Below, piece after piece: positions 28,896-41,100 of a stretch of 64,000 nt of DNA. The first letter of the stretch is position 1; every line of letters starts with the position of its first letter. The stretch is taken from contig CBFGKH010000003.1 in NCBI GenBank assembly GCA_965649295.1, forward strand, positions 128,001 to 192,000, read 5' to 3'. The stretch is from a candidate division WOR-3 bacterium (GTDB taxonomy: Bacteria; Hydrothermota; Tepidihabitantia; Tepidihabitantales; Tepidihabitantaceae). A program made the translations under genes and the position numbers. The notes below the pieces were generated by a model. It made no database searches and had not been told where the DNA came from. It saw nothing but the letters and a program-made list of their open reading frames with translations.

Positions 28896-29750
28896 GTGCT
28901 ACCAGTACTCGTAATCATGCTGCTCGCTGGTGCGAACAACGGCCGCCAGCTTTTGCCCGACACTGTTGACCTATCCGCACACACGGTCGTCTTGTCAGTT
29001 GACGACGGCTATCAGTCTGTGTTCTCAACAATCTACCCCCTGCTCAAGAAGCACCGCATGCCAATGACCCTTGCGGTTATCGGCGGCTGTGTCGGTGATG
29101 GCCGGCCCTCCTACCGACCCAAGGAAAGATTCCTGAACCAAAGCGAAATCCGAGAAATGATAGACTCCTGTGGCATTGAGATTGCCAGTCACACGATGTC
29201 GCACCCTTGGTTGACGCGACTGGACTCTGCCACGGCCACGCGCGAGATTGCCGATTCCAAAGCCTTCCTTGAATCGCTCTTCAATGTCCCAGTCATAACC
29301 TTCGTCTATCCCTACGGCGACCAAAATGAACGTATCCGCCGTTTAGTAGCTCGGGCAGGCTACAAACTAGCCCGAGCAGTTAGAGCTGGCACACCGGACT
29401 TGGGCCGCGAACCGTACTTAATACCAGAGACCGAACTTCGCAAGGACCGCAGCCTTATGAGCGTTGCAAACCACATCATGGCGAACCAGACTACTGTCCT
29501 CCTGCTTCACCGCATAGTCGATTCTCCATCGGTCTTCACGGAATGGCCAACAGCCGATTTCGCTGCCCTCCTCGATTGGTTGAGCCGAACCGGTGCCAGG
29601 GTGACAACCCTTGCTCAATTGTACAACGAATGGTGGCGACTACGGCTGGCGAGAGAACTAGTTCAACAATTGCAACGGGCAGGATCGCAGCATCGCTGGC
29701 TATTCGAGGATGTAGACATCGACGCTACTCGAACTGCTCATCCCCGCTGA
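28896..29750 (+). CDS. Polysaccharide deacetylase (NodB-like)
   Basis: LSVDDG, ASHTMSH, YPYG, LLLH; GTG start 8 nt after TTGTCA-17-TATCAT. Confidence 0.85.
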   Translation: MLPVLVIMLLAGANNGRQLLPDTVDLSAHTVVLSVDDGYQSVFSTIYPLLKKHRMPMTLAVIGGCVGDGRPSYRPKERFLNQSEIREMIDSCGIEIASHTMSHPWLTRLDSATATREIADSKAFLESLFNVPVITFVYPYGDQNERIRRLVARAGYKLARAVRAGTPDLGREPYLIPETELRKDRSLMSVANHIMANQTTVLLLHRIVDSPSVFTEWPTADFAALLDWLSRTGARVTTLAQLYNEWWRLRLARELVQQLQRAGSQHRWLFEDVDIDATRTAHPR

Positions 29751-30344
29751 AACAAACGCTGCCATATTCTGCCGCTTACCGATAAAAATATCTATATGCT
29801 TACCCTTCACAGCACTGCCTATGTCGTTGGCATAGAAGATGCCGTTCAAGGTCACCCCATCAACAACTATGTTCTCGGCCTGTGGTATGTAGAGTTTGGA
29901 CCCGACCGGAATTATCCTTGGGTCAACTGCAACCGATTTCAGATCGGTCAGCCGGTATCCGCCATAACCTAGGAACTTATCAACAACTTGGGCACGGTTG
30001 GCCCGCTTAAGATAGCTAACTCGGCGCCCGTCACGCAGCACCGCAGCGGCCTCAGTCTTGAACGCCCGAACAAACGCCGTTGAGAACCAGCCGAGCAAAC
30101 TGCCGTCGGCTGCGTACAGCTTCTGCGACTTTGCCTCAGGATACTCGGTTTCATCAACTGCCCAATAATAGGTCACTTTGAATCTTCCAAGATAACGGCC
30201 AGTTGATAGCTGAGGACCGACAGACCAATCTTTGGTCAGAAAGTCAGGCGGCTGGACTGCAACGGCCTCACTGCCAGAAGTCTGAGCCCTGGGCAGAAGA
30301 CAGGCAGCAACCAGCAGAATCGAACCAAATGGCCACTTCCGCAC
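29700..30344 (-). CDS. 3D-domain (MltA-like) protein
   Basis: VAVDPRIIPVGSKLYI, ANDIGSAVKG.HIDIF; signal peptide. Confidence 0.85.
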   Translation of the reverse strand: MRKWPFGSILLVAACLLPRAQTSGSEAVAVQPPDFLTKDWSVGPQLSTGRYLGRFKVTYYWAVDETEYPEAKSQKLYAADGSLLGWFSTAFVRAFKTEAAAVLRDGRRVSYLKRANRAQVVDKFLGYGGYRLTDLKSVAVDPRIIPVGSKLYIPQAENIVVDGVTLNGIFYANDIGSAVKGKHIDIFIGKRQNMAAFVSAGMSSSSSVDVYILE

Positions 30345-30508
30345 CCTATAATCCTCCACATACAGACCAGAATGTCAAGCTAACCAAACAAGCAATTTTG
30401 CTCTCCACATGCTGGCAAATGGCATCTGCGCTAGCCAGGCGAAACCACCGCCTATCACTGTAAAGACATATTTTGCAATTACTTACACACTGAAAATCCC
30501 GACTAGCG

Positions 30509-30640
30509 ACAGGGAGTGAGAGACTACAGGACGCTACCAGCGACGGTTTGGCTGACGGAATCTACGGAGAACCTGAGGGGGGAACTATTGTTGTCGTTCA
30601 GACCGAACTGGTTAGTGCGTTTCCGCAGGTGCTATGCTGG
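30509..30640. repeat. Degenerate 12-bp-periodic intergenic array
   Basis: G at unit position 1 in 9 consecutive 12-mers (30533-30629); GAG/GAC ends in the first four. Confidence 0.55.
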
Positions 30641-30673
30641 ACTGATTGATTTAACTGCTTAGCATTATTGACC

Positions 30674-31705
30674 TTAGCCGATATCTAGCCGACACTGTCG
30701 GCTTTTACTGATGGGATAGCCGAGATGCTCGTAAGCCAACCGTTGAGCTACTCGGCCCCTAGGTGTTCGCTGCAGCAGGCCCTGCTGAACAAGAAACGGC
30801 TCATACACCTCTTCAAGCGTCCCGACTTCTTCGCCAACTGCAACAGCCAGCGATCCAATGCCGACTGGCCCACCATCGAAACGTTCGATAATGACAGACA
30901 GGATCCGCTTGTCCATCTCATCAAGACCCAAGCTATCCACATCCAGCCTGGCCAACGCATAGTTAGCTATGTCTAGCTCTATCATATCCTTATGCTCAAC
31001 CTGGGCGAAGTCACGCACTCGACGCAGGAGCCGATTGGCGATTCTTGGAGTGCCTCGCGACCGCCGTGCGATCTCTTGCGCTGCCTCATCGGTAATGCCG
31101 ATGCCGAGAATCCGAGCGGAACGTTGGACAACCAGTAAGAGCTCATCAGCTGGATAGTAATCGAGGTGAAAAGACATCCCGAACCGCGCACGCAGCGGTG
31201 CTGTCAACAATCCTGAGCGAGTGGTCGCACCAACTAGCGTGAATGGACAAAGCCGGATCTTCTCCGACCGCGCACCAGGCCCGCGGTCTATCAAGACATC
31301 GATGGAGTAGTCTTCAAGTGCTGGGTAAAGGTATTCCTCTACTGCCTTGTTTGTCCGATGAATCTCGTCCACAAAAAAAACATCGTTAGGGCCGAGTCCG
31401 GTCAAAATTCCGGCCAGGTCGGCCGGTCGCTCCAATACTGGTCCCGAGCTGGTACGAATGTTCGCCTGCATCTCATGAGCGATCACATTGGCCAACGTTG
31501 TCTTGCCCAAACCGGGTGGCCCAAACAGCAACACGTGTTCAAGCGGTTCCTGACGCATACGCGCTGCGTCGATAAAGACCCGTAGATTCTCCTTTAGCCG
31601 ACGCTGGCCGATGAACTCATCTAGGGTTCGTGGCCGTATCTGCTCATCGAGAATGTCCTCACCCTGCAATCGCTGGGGTGAGGAAATCCGCTCCTGGTGC
31701 ACCAT
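30674..31705 (-). CDS. ruvB: Holliday junction branch migration helicase RuvB
   Basis: [38 protein letters not shown]. Confidence 0.97.
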   Translation of the reverse strand: MVHQERISSPQRLQGEDILDEQIRPRTLDEFIGQRRLKENLRVFIDAARMRQEPLEHVLLFGPPGLGKTTLANVIAHEMQANIRTSSGPVLERPADLAGILTGLGPNDVFFVDEIHRTNKAVEEYLYPALEDYSIDVLIDRGPGARSEKIRLCPFTLVGATTRSGLLTAPLRARFGMSFHLDYYPADELLLVVQRSARILGIGITDEAAQEIARRSRGTPRIANRLLRRVRDFAQVEHKDMIELDIANYALARLDVDSLGLDEMDKRILSVIIERFDGGPVGIGSLAVAVGEEVGTLEEVYEPFLVQQGLLQRTPRGRVAQRLAYEHLGYPISKSRQCRLDIG

Positions 31706-31708
31706 AGC

Positions 31709-32266
31709 CTAATCCACTCGTAGCGCCTGCTTGAGTAGCTCTTGCAGCCCCATCCCGGGTATCCGCTTCACCCGAACCAGCCGCTGCTGTGCCTCGCGAC
31801 GCGACAGGCCAAGCGAAACAAGCGCGGCCTCCGCATCAGCGAGTATCGGCTCAATAGCAGGAACTGCCGGTGCAGCCTGCTGAAGCTTCTTTATGATAGT
31901 AGCCGCTTTCTGCGGTCCGATACTGGGAACCGTTTGTATCACATCCACACGACCGTCCGCCACTGCTGAAGCAATCTCAGCCGGGCTGAAACGCGAGAGG
32001 AGATTAAGACCAGCCCTAGGGCCGATACCCTTTACTGAGGTCAGCAATCTAAACATTGCCCTTTCCTCAGCAGTAGCAAAACCAAATAGCTGCACTCTAT
32101 CCCTACTAAAGTAGCTGTCTATATATAAATCGACTTCATGTCCAACGGCTGGCATCGCCTGTGAGGTTGATAGTGGAATACCCACCTCGAATCCAATACC
32201 GTGGCAGACGACAACAGCCCTAGTTGGTTCGCGCTCGACGAGCTCGCCACGCAGTCGCCCAATCAT
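31709..32266 (-). CDS. ruvA: Holliday junction branch migration protein RuvA
   Basis: MIG.LRG, LFGF..EER..F..L..VKGIGP, ALVSLG; ATGA overlap with ruvC. Confidence 0.93.
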   Translation of the reverse strand: MIGRLRGELVEREPTRAVVVCHGIGFEVGIPLSTSQAMPAVGHEVDLYIDSYFSRDRVQLFGFATAEERAMFRLLTSVKGIGPRAGLNLLSRFSPAEIASAVADGRVDVIQTVPSIGPQKAATIIKKLQQAAPAVPAIEPILADAEAALVSLGLSRREAQQRLVRVKRIPGMGLQELLKQALRVD

Positions 32267-32727
32267 CGCCATTTGCTCCTACGGCTAAGGCAGAGCGCAG
32301 CGGCTAGCGCATCGGCTGCATGCTCGGGTACGCGCCGTTCTAACCCAAGCACCGCTCCAACCATGTAGTTCATCTGTTGCTTTGATGCCCGGCCATTACC
32401 TGTAACCGCGAGCTTGATTGTCGCCGGGGTTAGTTCAGTAGCTGGAATCCGCATCCTGCCTAGGGTGCAAAGAATCGCACCCCTTGCTTCGGCCGATCGA
32501 ATAACACTCCTTGCGCCGCCGCCGCGAAAAAACAACGTTTCGACTGCAGCAATCTGCGGCCGATTTCGGCTGATAATCTCAACAAGACTATCGGATAGTA
32601 GCCGCAGCCGCTCAGTCAACGGTTGACCGGCCATCGTTGTTATTGTGCCACACTCAACTACTTGGGTGCCGGCGATTATACCGTAACCGGTTGCGCTCAG
32701 TCCTGGGTCAAGCCCCAGTATGCGCAA
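32263..32727 (-). CDS. ruvC: Crossover junction endodeoxyribonuclease RuvC
   Basis: ILGLDPG..TGYG, AVETLF, K.AVTG.G.ASK.Q, ADALA. Confidence 0.93.
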   Translation of the reverse strand: MRILGLDPGLSATGYGIIAGTQVVECGTITTMAGQPLTERLRLLSDSLVEIISRNRPQIAAVETLFFRGGGARSVIRSAEARGAILCTLGRMRIPATELTPATIKLAVTGNGRASKQQMNYMVGAVLGLERRVPEHAADALAAALCLSRRSKWR

Positions 32728-32734
32728 AGCGGCC

Positions 32735-33487
32735 CTAGTTGGCGGAGATTCGTTCGAGTACTTCGTCAGGGATGTCGAAGTTCGCGTAAACCTGCTGGAC
32801 CTCTTCGAGCTCCTCCAGCATTTCAATGAGCTTCAGAACCTTGCTTGCCTCTGGCTCATTGACCCGCACCGTATTGGCGGCAATCCGCGTTAGCTCAGCA
32901 GTCTCCCAAGCTATTCCAGCATCCTTCAAAGCCTTCTTGACCTGCTCTAGGGACTCAACCGGCGTCAAGATTGAGTAGGCGCTTGCTTCGGTCTGTACGT
33001 CATCCGCGCCTGCCTCCAACGCCAGCTCGATAATCCGATCCTCGGCAACCTTGTCCTTACTGACGACAATTAGCCCCTGCGGCTTGAACTGCCAAGCCAC
33101 GCAACCGGTCGATCCCATATTGCCGCCGTACTTGTCGAAGACGTGTCGGATTTCCGAAGTGCTACGGTTCTTATTGTCAGTCAACGCCCTGACCATCAGC
33201 GCGACGCCACCCGGCCCGTACCCTTCATAGATCACCTCTTCGTAGGCAACCCCCGGTAGCTCGCCCGTACCTTTCTTGATGGCCCGCTCAATGTTATCGG
33301 CCGGCATGTTGATAGCGCGAGCTGATTCAACTGCGGTTCGGAGTCGCGGGTTAGCGTTGATATCACCGCCACCGATGCGAGCGGCTGTAGTTATCTCGCG
33401 TATCAACTTGGAAAAAGCTCGTCCCCGGGCAGCGTCGAGCTTGCCCTTCTTATGTTTGATTGTGGACCATTTCGAATGTCCCGACAC
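32735..33487 (-). CDS. yebC: YebC/PmpR family protein
   Basis: SGHSKWSTIKHKK, YEGYGPGG, TDNKNR; GTG behind AAGGAGG. Confidence 0.95.
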   Translation of the reverse strand: MSGHSKWSTIKHKKGKLDAARGRAFSKLIREITTAARIGGGDINANPRLRTAVESARAINMPADNIERAIKKGTGELPGVAYEEVIYEGYGPGGVALMVRALTDNKNRSTSEIRHVFDKYGGNMGSTGCVAWQFKPQGLIVVSKDKVAEDRIIELALEAGADDVQTEASAYSILTPVESLEQVKKALKDAGIAWETAELTRIAANTVRVNEPEASKVLKLIEMLEELEEVQQVYANFDIPDEVLERISAN

Positions 33488-33693
33488 TAAGGACCTCCTT
33501 AACAGACGGAGCAGCGCTCCGGCCGGATGTTCAAGATTACCTTTCGGCGAGTTCGGACTGTTCGCATCGCCAAGTCGTCTGTATTGTATGGTCACAGCCC
33601 GACCAAGTCAACACTGCTTGTTCGGCTCAAACCTGTGAATGCATTCTGGCGGCTTTGCTTGACATTGCTGTCCTTCAAAGCTAACTTCCCATA

Positions 33694-34593
33694 GTGAATC
33701 TACTGCTACTGCTGCTGGTCATAAACGCTGATGCCAATGCCGGCGTCGCCGGCTTTGACTTTCTGCGCATTCCGCCGACCGCCCGGGAAGCGGCTCTTGG
33801 CGGAGCGGCAGTTGCCAGTGCAACCAGCCCGCTTGGTTTCTGGTACTCACCCGCTAATGCGGGCACGATTCAAGAGCAGCGCGCCCAGTTTGGCTACCTC
33901 AACTACGTGGCCGGCATTCATGTTGGATCGCTCGCTTATGCCCAGCCACTAAGCGGTAAGGGCGGTGCCGGTATCGGCATCGTCTACCTCAACTCCGGCA
34001 TGATGAAACGCACTAACGAACGTGCCGAGAACTTAGGCACATTCTCCGCGTCGTATGCCGGAATCAACGCCAGCGCTGCCCTACAACCAATCGAGAGACT
34101 AACAATTGGCCTAGGCCTGCAGGGCCTTTATGGCTCGATTGACACGTTCTTCTCGCTTGGCGTGATCGGTAGCGCTGGTGCCAACTACAACCTGCCATTG
34201 GCCGGCGCCCGGCTCGGCCTTGCTGTGACTAATGCTGGGTTTCAGGTCAAAGCATTCGGCGCTGAACGCGACCCAATGCCGCTCGACATCGGCGTCGGGG
34301 CAAGTTATCAACCGAACCCAGCCCTGACCATTGCCATTGATGTTCATAAACCCTGGGGTAATGACCTGGCGCTACGAGCCGGTATCGAAGGCTGGGTGGC
34401 CGAGCTCTTGGCTCTGCGGCTCGGCTACAACTCAACCGGCTCCGAGCTCAGGTACGGCAGTGGTGCCGACGTACTGGCTGGTCTGACCACTGGCATCGGC
34501 ATCCGCTTCCGTGGCTACGAACTGGACTACTGCTTCGTGCCGATGGTCCAGCTGGGTGCCGCGCATCGCATTTCGCTGACGCTATCACTCTAG
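33694..34593 (+). CDS. Second PorV/PorQ family barrel
   Basis: GFDFLRIP..AREAALGGA, .SPA, LRLGY, HRISL; TTGACA-17-TAACTT-6nt-GTG. Confidence 0.8.
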   Translation: MNLLLLLLVINADANAGVAGFDFLRIPPTAREAALGGAAVASATSPLGFWYSPANAGTIQEQRAQFGYLNYVAGIHVGSLAYAQPLSGKGGAGIGIVYLNSGMMKRTNERAENLGTFSASYAGINASAALQPIERLTIGLGLQGLYGSIDTFFSLGVIGSAGANYNLPLAGARLGLAVTNAGFQVKAFGAERDPMPLDIGVGASYQPNPALTIAIDVHKPWGNDLALRAGIEGWVAELLALRLGYNSTGSELRYGSGADVLAGLTTGIGIRFRGYELDYCFVPMVQLGAAHRISLTLSL

Positions 34594-34604
34594 CCAAACA
34601 CTAC

Positions 34605-35555
34605 TTGAAACGCCAGTTCATCAAAGACCTTCGACCAGGCGTTGCAGTTGACGACATCTTCTACTGCGCCCGGCGTGATATCAAGGAGCGTCGCGATGGC
34701 GGCGTATTCCTGACCTTCGAGTTCCGCGATAAGACCGGCTCGGTCAACGCCATCATGTGGGACCGCATCGATGATGCCGTGCGCTGCGTCGAGCCGGGTG
34801 GTTTCTACCGCGTCCAAGGACGGCTTGGTGACTACCAGGGCAAAGCCCAGCTTACCGTCAGTCTAATCTATCCGGCAGTTCCCGAAGAGGTATCGCGTGA
34901 CGATTTCGTCGGCGTCTCACGCTACGACCAGACAACGATGCTTGCTGAGCTGCGCTCCTTTGCGGCAGCAGTTGCCAACCCTCACCTTCATCGCCTGCTG
35001 GCCGCATTCTTGGACGACGACAAGTTCTGCGAGCAGTTTGCCACTGCTCCGGGCGGTGCTGCAGTCCATCATGCCTACCTCGGTGGCCTCCTCGAACACA
35101 CACTGTTCATGTGCCGGATTGCCCGCACTGTTGCCGCAACCTACGATGAACTAGACGCCGATCTGCTCATGACCGGTGTCATCCTGCACGATGTTGGTAA
35201 GATTCGCGAGTACTCCTACGATTCGGCGATTGATCACAGCTACGACGGCCGTCTGCTCGGCCACATTGTCATGGGCTACGAGCTAGTCCGCGATCGCATC
35301 GCCACAATTGCCGACTTCCCCGAAGAACTCAAACGACTGGTCCTGCACATGGTGCTTGCTCACCATGGCCATCTTGACTTCGGTTCACCCAAAACCCCCA
35401 AGTTTGCCGAGGCATTCATCGTTTATATGCTCGACAACATGGATTCGCGACTAATGATGTTCCGTGATGCTGTCGAGCGTAACAAGAACGTCAAGTGGAC
35501 AGACTACCATCAGTACCTCGAAACCAACGTCTATATCCGCGATCAGCAGTCCTGA
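34605..35555 (+). CDS. yhaM: OB-fold + HD-domain 3'-5' exoribonuclease (YhaM-like)
   Basis: DKTGSV.A.MW OB fold; HHAYLGGLLEHT, LHDVGKIRE, LLGHI, HHG. Confidence 0.88.
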   Translation: MKRQFIKDLRPGVAVDDIFYCARRDIKERRDGGVFLTFEFRDKTGSVNAIMWDRIDDAVRCVEPGGFYRVQGRLGDYQGKAQLTVSLIYPAVPEEVSRDDFVGVSRYDQTTMLAELRSFAAAVANPHLHRLLAAFLDDDKFCEQFATAPGGAAVHHAYLGGLLEHTLFMCRIARTVAATYDELDADLLMTGVILHDVGKIREYSYDSAIDHSYDGRLLGHIVMGYELVRDRIATIADFPEELKRLVLHMVLAHHGHLDFGSPKTPKFAEAFIVYMLDNMDSRLMMFRDAVERNKNVKWTDYHQYLETNVYIRDQQS

Positions 35556-36216
35556 TCAACATCAAGCTTCATCTGTCGACGACTATCGGCATTACGCTGC
35601 CGGCTGCCGTTCCCTCGGCATCGAACTAACCCGGCCGCAGTATAACCAGCTACTCCGCTACGCTGCTCTGCTGCGCGACTGGAACAACCGCATCAATATC
35701 ATTTCCCGGAACGACACCGCTCGGGTTCTGAGCTATCATGCCGTTGACTCAATCGCTGTTCAGTCATTGTTGCCACGTTCGGCCCTGGTTTGTGACCTAG
35801 GTTCAGGTGGCGGCCTTCCCGGCATTCCCCTTAGCATCGTCCGGCCCGACCTCTCTCTGATTCTCGTCGAGTCGTCAGGCAAACGTAGCCTTTTCCTCGC
35901 CACTGCCATCGCCTCACTGGGGCTAGACCGCGTCCGGCTCATCAACAGACGTGCCGAAGAACACCCTCCTCTCGACTGCGATGTGGTTGTCAGTCGCCTG
36001 ACCGGCAAGATCGACGACGTGCTTCCGGCTGCTGCGCCCCATATCCGTCCTGGCGGCTGCCTAATTCTCTACAAAACCACCGCCTCTCAAGCTGAAATCA
36101 ACCGTGCGGCACCGCGCATTGCGCGAGCGGGGCTTAGTCTCAGTCAAGTCACCGACATCACTCTGCCCTTCGACAACATTACCCGTCGCTTCATCGTACT
36201 TCGGCGCACAGACTGA
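35464..36216 (+). CDS. rsmG: 16S rRNA m7G527 methyltransferase; start unresolved
   Basis: WN..INIIS, H..DS, DLGSGGGLPGIPL, LVES..KR, RAEE, VVSR. Confidence 0.9.
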   Translation: MMLSSVTRTSSGQTTISTSKPTSISAISSPDQHQASSVDDYRHYAAGCRSLGIELTRPQYNQLLRYAALLRDWNNRINIISRNDTARVLSYHAVDSIAVQSLLPRSALVCDLGSGGGLPGIPLSIVRPDLSLILVESSGKRSLFLATAIASLGLDRVRLINRRAEEHPPLDCDVVVSRLTGKIDDVLPAAAPHIRPGGCLILYKTTASQAEINRAAPRIARAGLSLSQVTDITLPFDNITRRFIVLRRTD

Positions 36217-36235
36217 TAGGACAATCCCGCCACCT

Positions 36236-36261
36236 AAAAGAAAGAAGGCCGCCTGGCCTTC
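36236..36261 (-). terminator. Intrinsic terminator of the 16S transcript
   Basis: GAAGGCC-N4-GGCCTTC followed on the minus strand by TTTCTTTT. Confidence 0.75.
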
Positions 36262-36316
36262 ATTCTTCGCTTGGATGCAACACTTTAAAGCGTGCTCGGA
36301 TCGTGCAAAACTCGTA

Positions 36317-37860
<1,544 letters not shown>

Positions 37861-37920
37861 AAGAATCTTGGGGTTTTAATCAATGGCACAATCCGAGCAC
37901 GCTTTGGGTTACATCCGAAT

Positions 37921-37975
37921 TATCAAAGAACGATATGTCTGTGAGAAAGAATAGCAGAAGCAAGCCAAATGTCAA
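37921..37975 (-). promoter_or_regulatory. rRNA promoter and boxA-like element
   Basis: TTGACA-16-TATTCT (37975-37948); TCGTTCTTTGATA boxA-like (37933-37921). Confidence 0.75.
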
Positions 37976-38107
37976 CGGTCTGGACGCATGACCACCGCAA
38001 TCCTATCACCTTGTTGTTACGATCTTTACGCCAACTACGTCGACATTTGCAACACTATCTACCGACCACTTGCCAGGGGGGCATCAACTCCCTGTTCGAC
38101 CGACAAT

Positions 38108-41100
38108 CTAATGCAGCACGTTCAGTCTAACGCGATACTGCTCACCAGACCGACTCAGCACTGCGAAATACTGACCCGCCTCTAGTGCCGAGAGGTCAAC
38201 GACTGTCTCGGCTGCTCCCGCCGGAATCACTAGACTCTGCCGCATTCTGCCCAGCGCATCGAACAACACCAGTCTGCCACTACCATCCGAGCGTCCGCCA
38301 ATCTGGAAACGTACAACTTGCCGCGCCGGGTTCGACACGAGCAGTGGTTGCGCACTGGCGACCGCCGACACTGGTGTCTGAGCCATCCCACCGTCCCGGC
38401 CATGACTTGACACGAACTCCCAGAGCTCAAAACTCTTGCCGCCCTTTGTCACAAAGTAGCGTCCACCCGCCCATGCCAGGCCACCGCCGTCTTTGATGCG
38501 TCGTGACTGTGCACCACCGGGCACCGAGGGATACTCGCGCCAGACCGAATCAGCACTGTCCAGCCGCCAGAACTCATTCGTTCCGCCCCCTTTGGTCAGG
38601 GCAAGACACCCGTTCCCCCAGACCACCCCGGCTCCAGCCTTAACCTTCTTGTTTCTGCCGCCGGTGCCGTTCAGTGGTATTGTCTTGTAGCCACTAAGCC
38701 AGCGGCCGCTGCGCAGGTCATAACAATGCAGCTCATCGGCACCACCCTTGACACAAAAGAGGATACTGTCGCCCGCCTGCGCCAGTCCGGTACCTTCCTT
38801 GTACTTGGCCCGTTGTGCGGCTCCGGCCGGCGCCGACGGCAGCTCCTCCCAAAGATCGAGCGCCGAGTTGTAACGGTAGAACTCCGCGCTATTCGACCCA
38901 CGAATGGCATAGACGTAACCAGTGTCATTGACAATCGCGTGAACAAGATCAACGCCGCTCTTTGGTGGACAGCTCTTCGCTCCGGCCGGAAATGGCGCCA
39001 GCGCCGTCCAGCCTGTTGCTGGGTCGTAGCGATAGAACTCAAATGTCTTATTGCCCTTCAAGACGTAAGCCCGGCCCAGGCCATCGGCACAGATTGCGCT
39101 GCCCTTGTGCACTGGTTTTTCCAGTGGCCCGGCCGGCAACGAGGGCAGTGCCGACCACGTGCCGCTCGCAACATCATAGGCAAAGACCTCGAGCGTCTTG
39201 TTACCCTTCAGGAGGTAAAGCCGATGCTCGTCACCATCTAAGGCTCCGCCTGTTGCCACCGGTGCGCCCGATGGCTCAGCCGGCACATTAGCACACTGTC
39301 GCCATTCTCCCAGCGGCATGTTGATCACCCCGAACCTAATGCTCAATGTATCGTTGCTTGGGTCCGCATCACCATTGGCACTCGTCCAGCAGCGCAACGT
39401 ATGATAACCGGGAACCGTGGCCACCCAGGCCCTGAACCTCACAACCGTGTCAAGCCCGTTCGGCCCGGCCCCGCGCACCCAGACTGAATCGCTAAACACC
39501 GGCTGACCACTTCGCTCGATGGCAACGTGTACCAGTATGTCCACCGTTGTGGTACCGAAGTTGTGACAACTGACTGTCGGTCGGATTGGCGTCTCGAAAG
39601 GAATGTCGCCGACAGGTTCAGCGATACTACGCACGCCGACATCAACAGCTGGCCCAGCAACATTTACAAGCACTGCTGTCCGGTCATTGCTGCGGTTGTA
39701 ATCGTAGCGGGCGGCAGCCGAACAGGCGGCAACCCAATTGCCTACCAGCGTCGGCACCCAGGATCGGAACGCAACATGCTGTTCACCACCGCCTGGCAAC
39801 GCTACCTGCACACTGTCCACATAGCCGTCGCTAATCGAGAACCGGCACCAGAATGTCGCCGTCGCTGGACTGTTGTTCTTCACGGTGGCGGCCGGCGTGA
39901 CTGCCGTTCCCTTGCTCCATTGCCCGGTCGGTGAATTGATAGCGATGACACCCACATCCGGCACTTCAATCAGTCGAGCGACTGTCGGATCAACGTAGTT
40001 CGGAAAGCCCCAATGTAGCGGACCACTAAGTATCACTCCGCTTGCCGAATGCTCTAGATTGTAGAACTGATTGGCACCAAGTGAACCGCTTGGCCGCCAG
40101 CTGAAACTCCAAGCCGGCTGGCCATCACTGAAATACTTTGCCGCGACGGCCAACGTTGCGCTACCACCCGCGCCGCCCGCAGTACCGGCAACTACTGGAT
40201 TGCCCATCTCATCCAGACCAAGACAGTAGCCTCGGTCCGGCGTTCCGCCGCCGTCATAGAATCGTGCCCAGACCAACGCACCGTCCCGGTCATACTTGAG
40301 CAAAGCGATGTCGCTCGCCTGACTGTTACTCGCGTAGCCAGCAACAAACAAGCAGCCAGCATCATCAATCGCGACGTCTGCTCCCTGGTCATTCAAGCCG
40401 GCAGTACCAGCGTAGCTCTGCGACCACTGCAACTCGCCGGAAGCAGAGTAGAGTGCAGTAAGCATGTCGTAGTCACCGGCTGTCAGATACCAGTACCCAG
40501 TTACTGCAACTAGCCCACTCCGGACCGCCACCCGACCCAGGAACTCGTTACTGCAGTTCCCACCGAGACGATGCTCCCATTCCACCGATCCAGTCTGGCA
40601 ATTCAGCCTAATGGCCAGTCCGTCATAGCCGGTCATGATGCCGTAGAGATACCCAGCAACAAACAAGCCATTTTCGTCTAAGGCGACGTCTGCGGCTAGC
40701 TCAGTGTGCGAACCGCTGGTGCTACCGGAGATACGCCTAGTCCAGACCACCGCCCCGGTCGCAGCATCCAACGCCCAGACTGTGAAATCACGACCGCTTA
40801 ACTTGCTTTGCGAAGTGCCCGCAACATAGACACGGCCACCACCAGCAGCCACTGCTGCCGCCCAACAATTGGCCGTAGCTGTATCGCCCTGAACCTTTTT
40901 CGCCCAGACAAAATTGCCCGCCGCATCCCACTTCACCACCAGGGCCTGGCTTGTTCCGGAACCCGTTGTGCGCCGTCCTGCCACATAAACCGCGCCGCAT
41001 TCGTCAAGGGCCAGAGCATTCGCCTGCTCAGTTCCTCCATCGTCGTAGCTCTGAACCCAGACCAGATTGCCGACCGAGTCATACTTGTGGACAATCAAGT

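Noticed and set aside
30461..30485. dif/Xer-like site TAAAGACATATTTTGCAATTACTTA
   Set aside because: Weak dyad that does not fit the 28-bp dif consensus; only a poor second match at 38004
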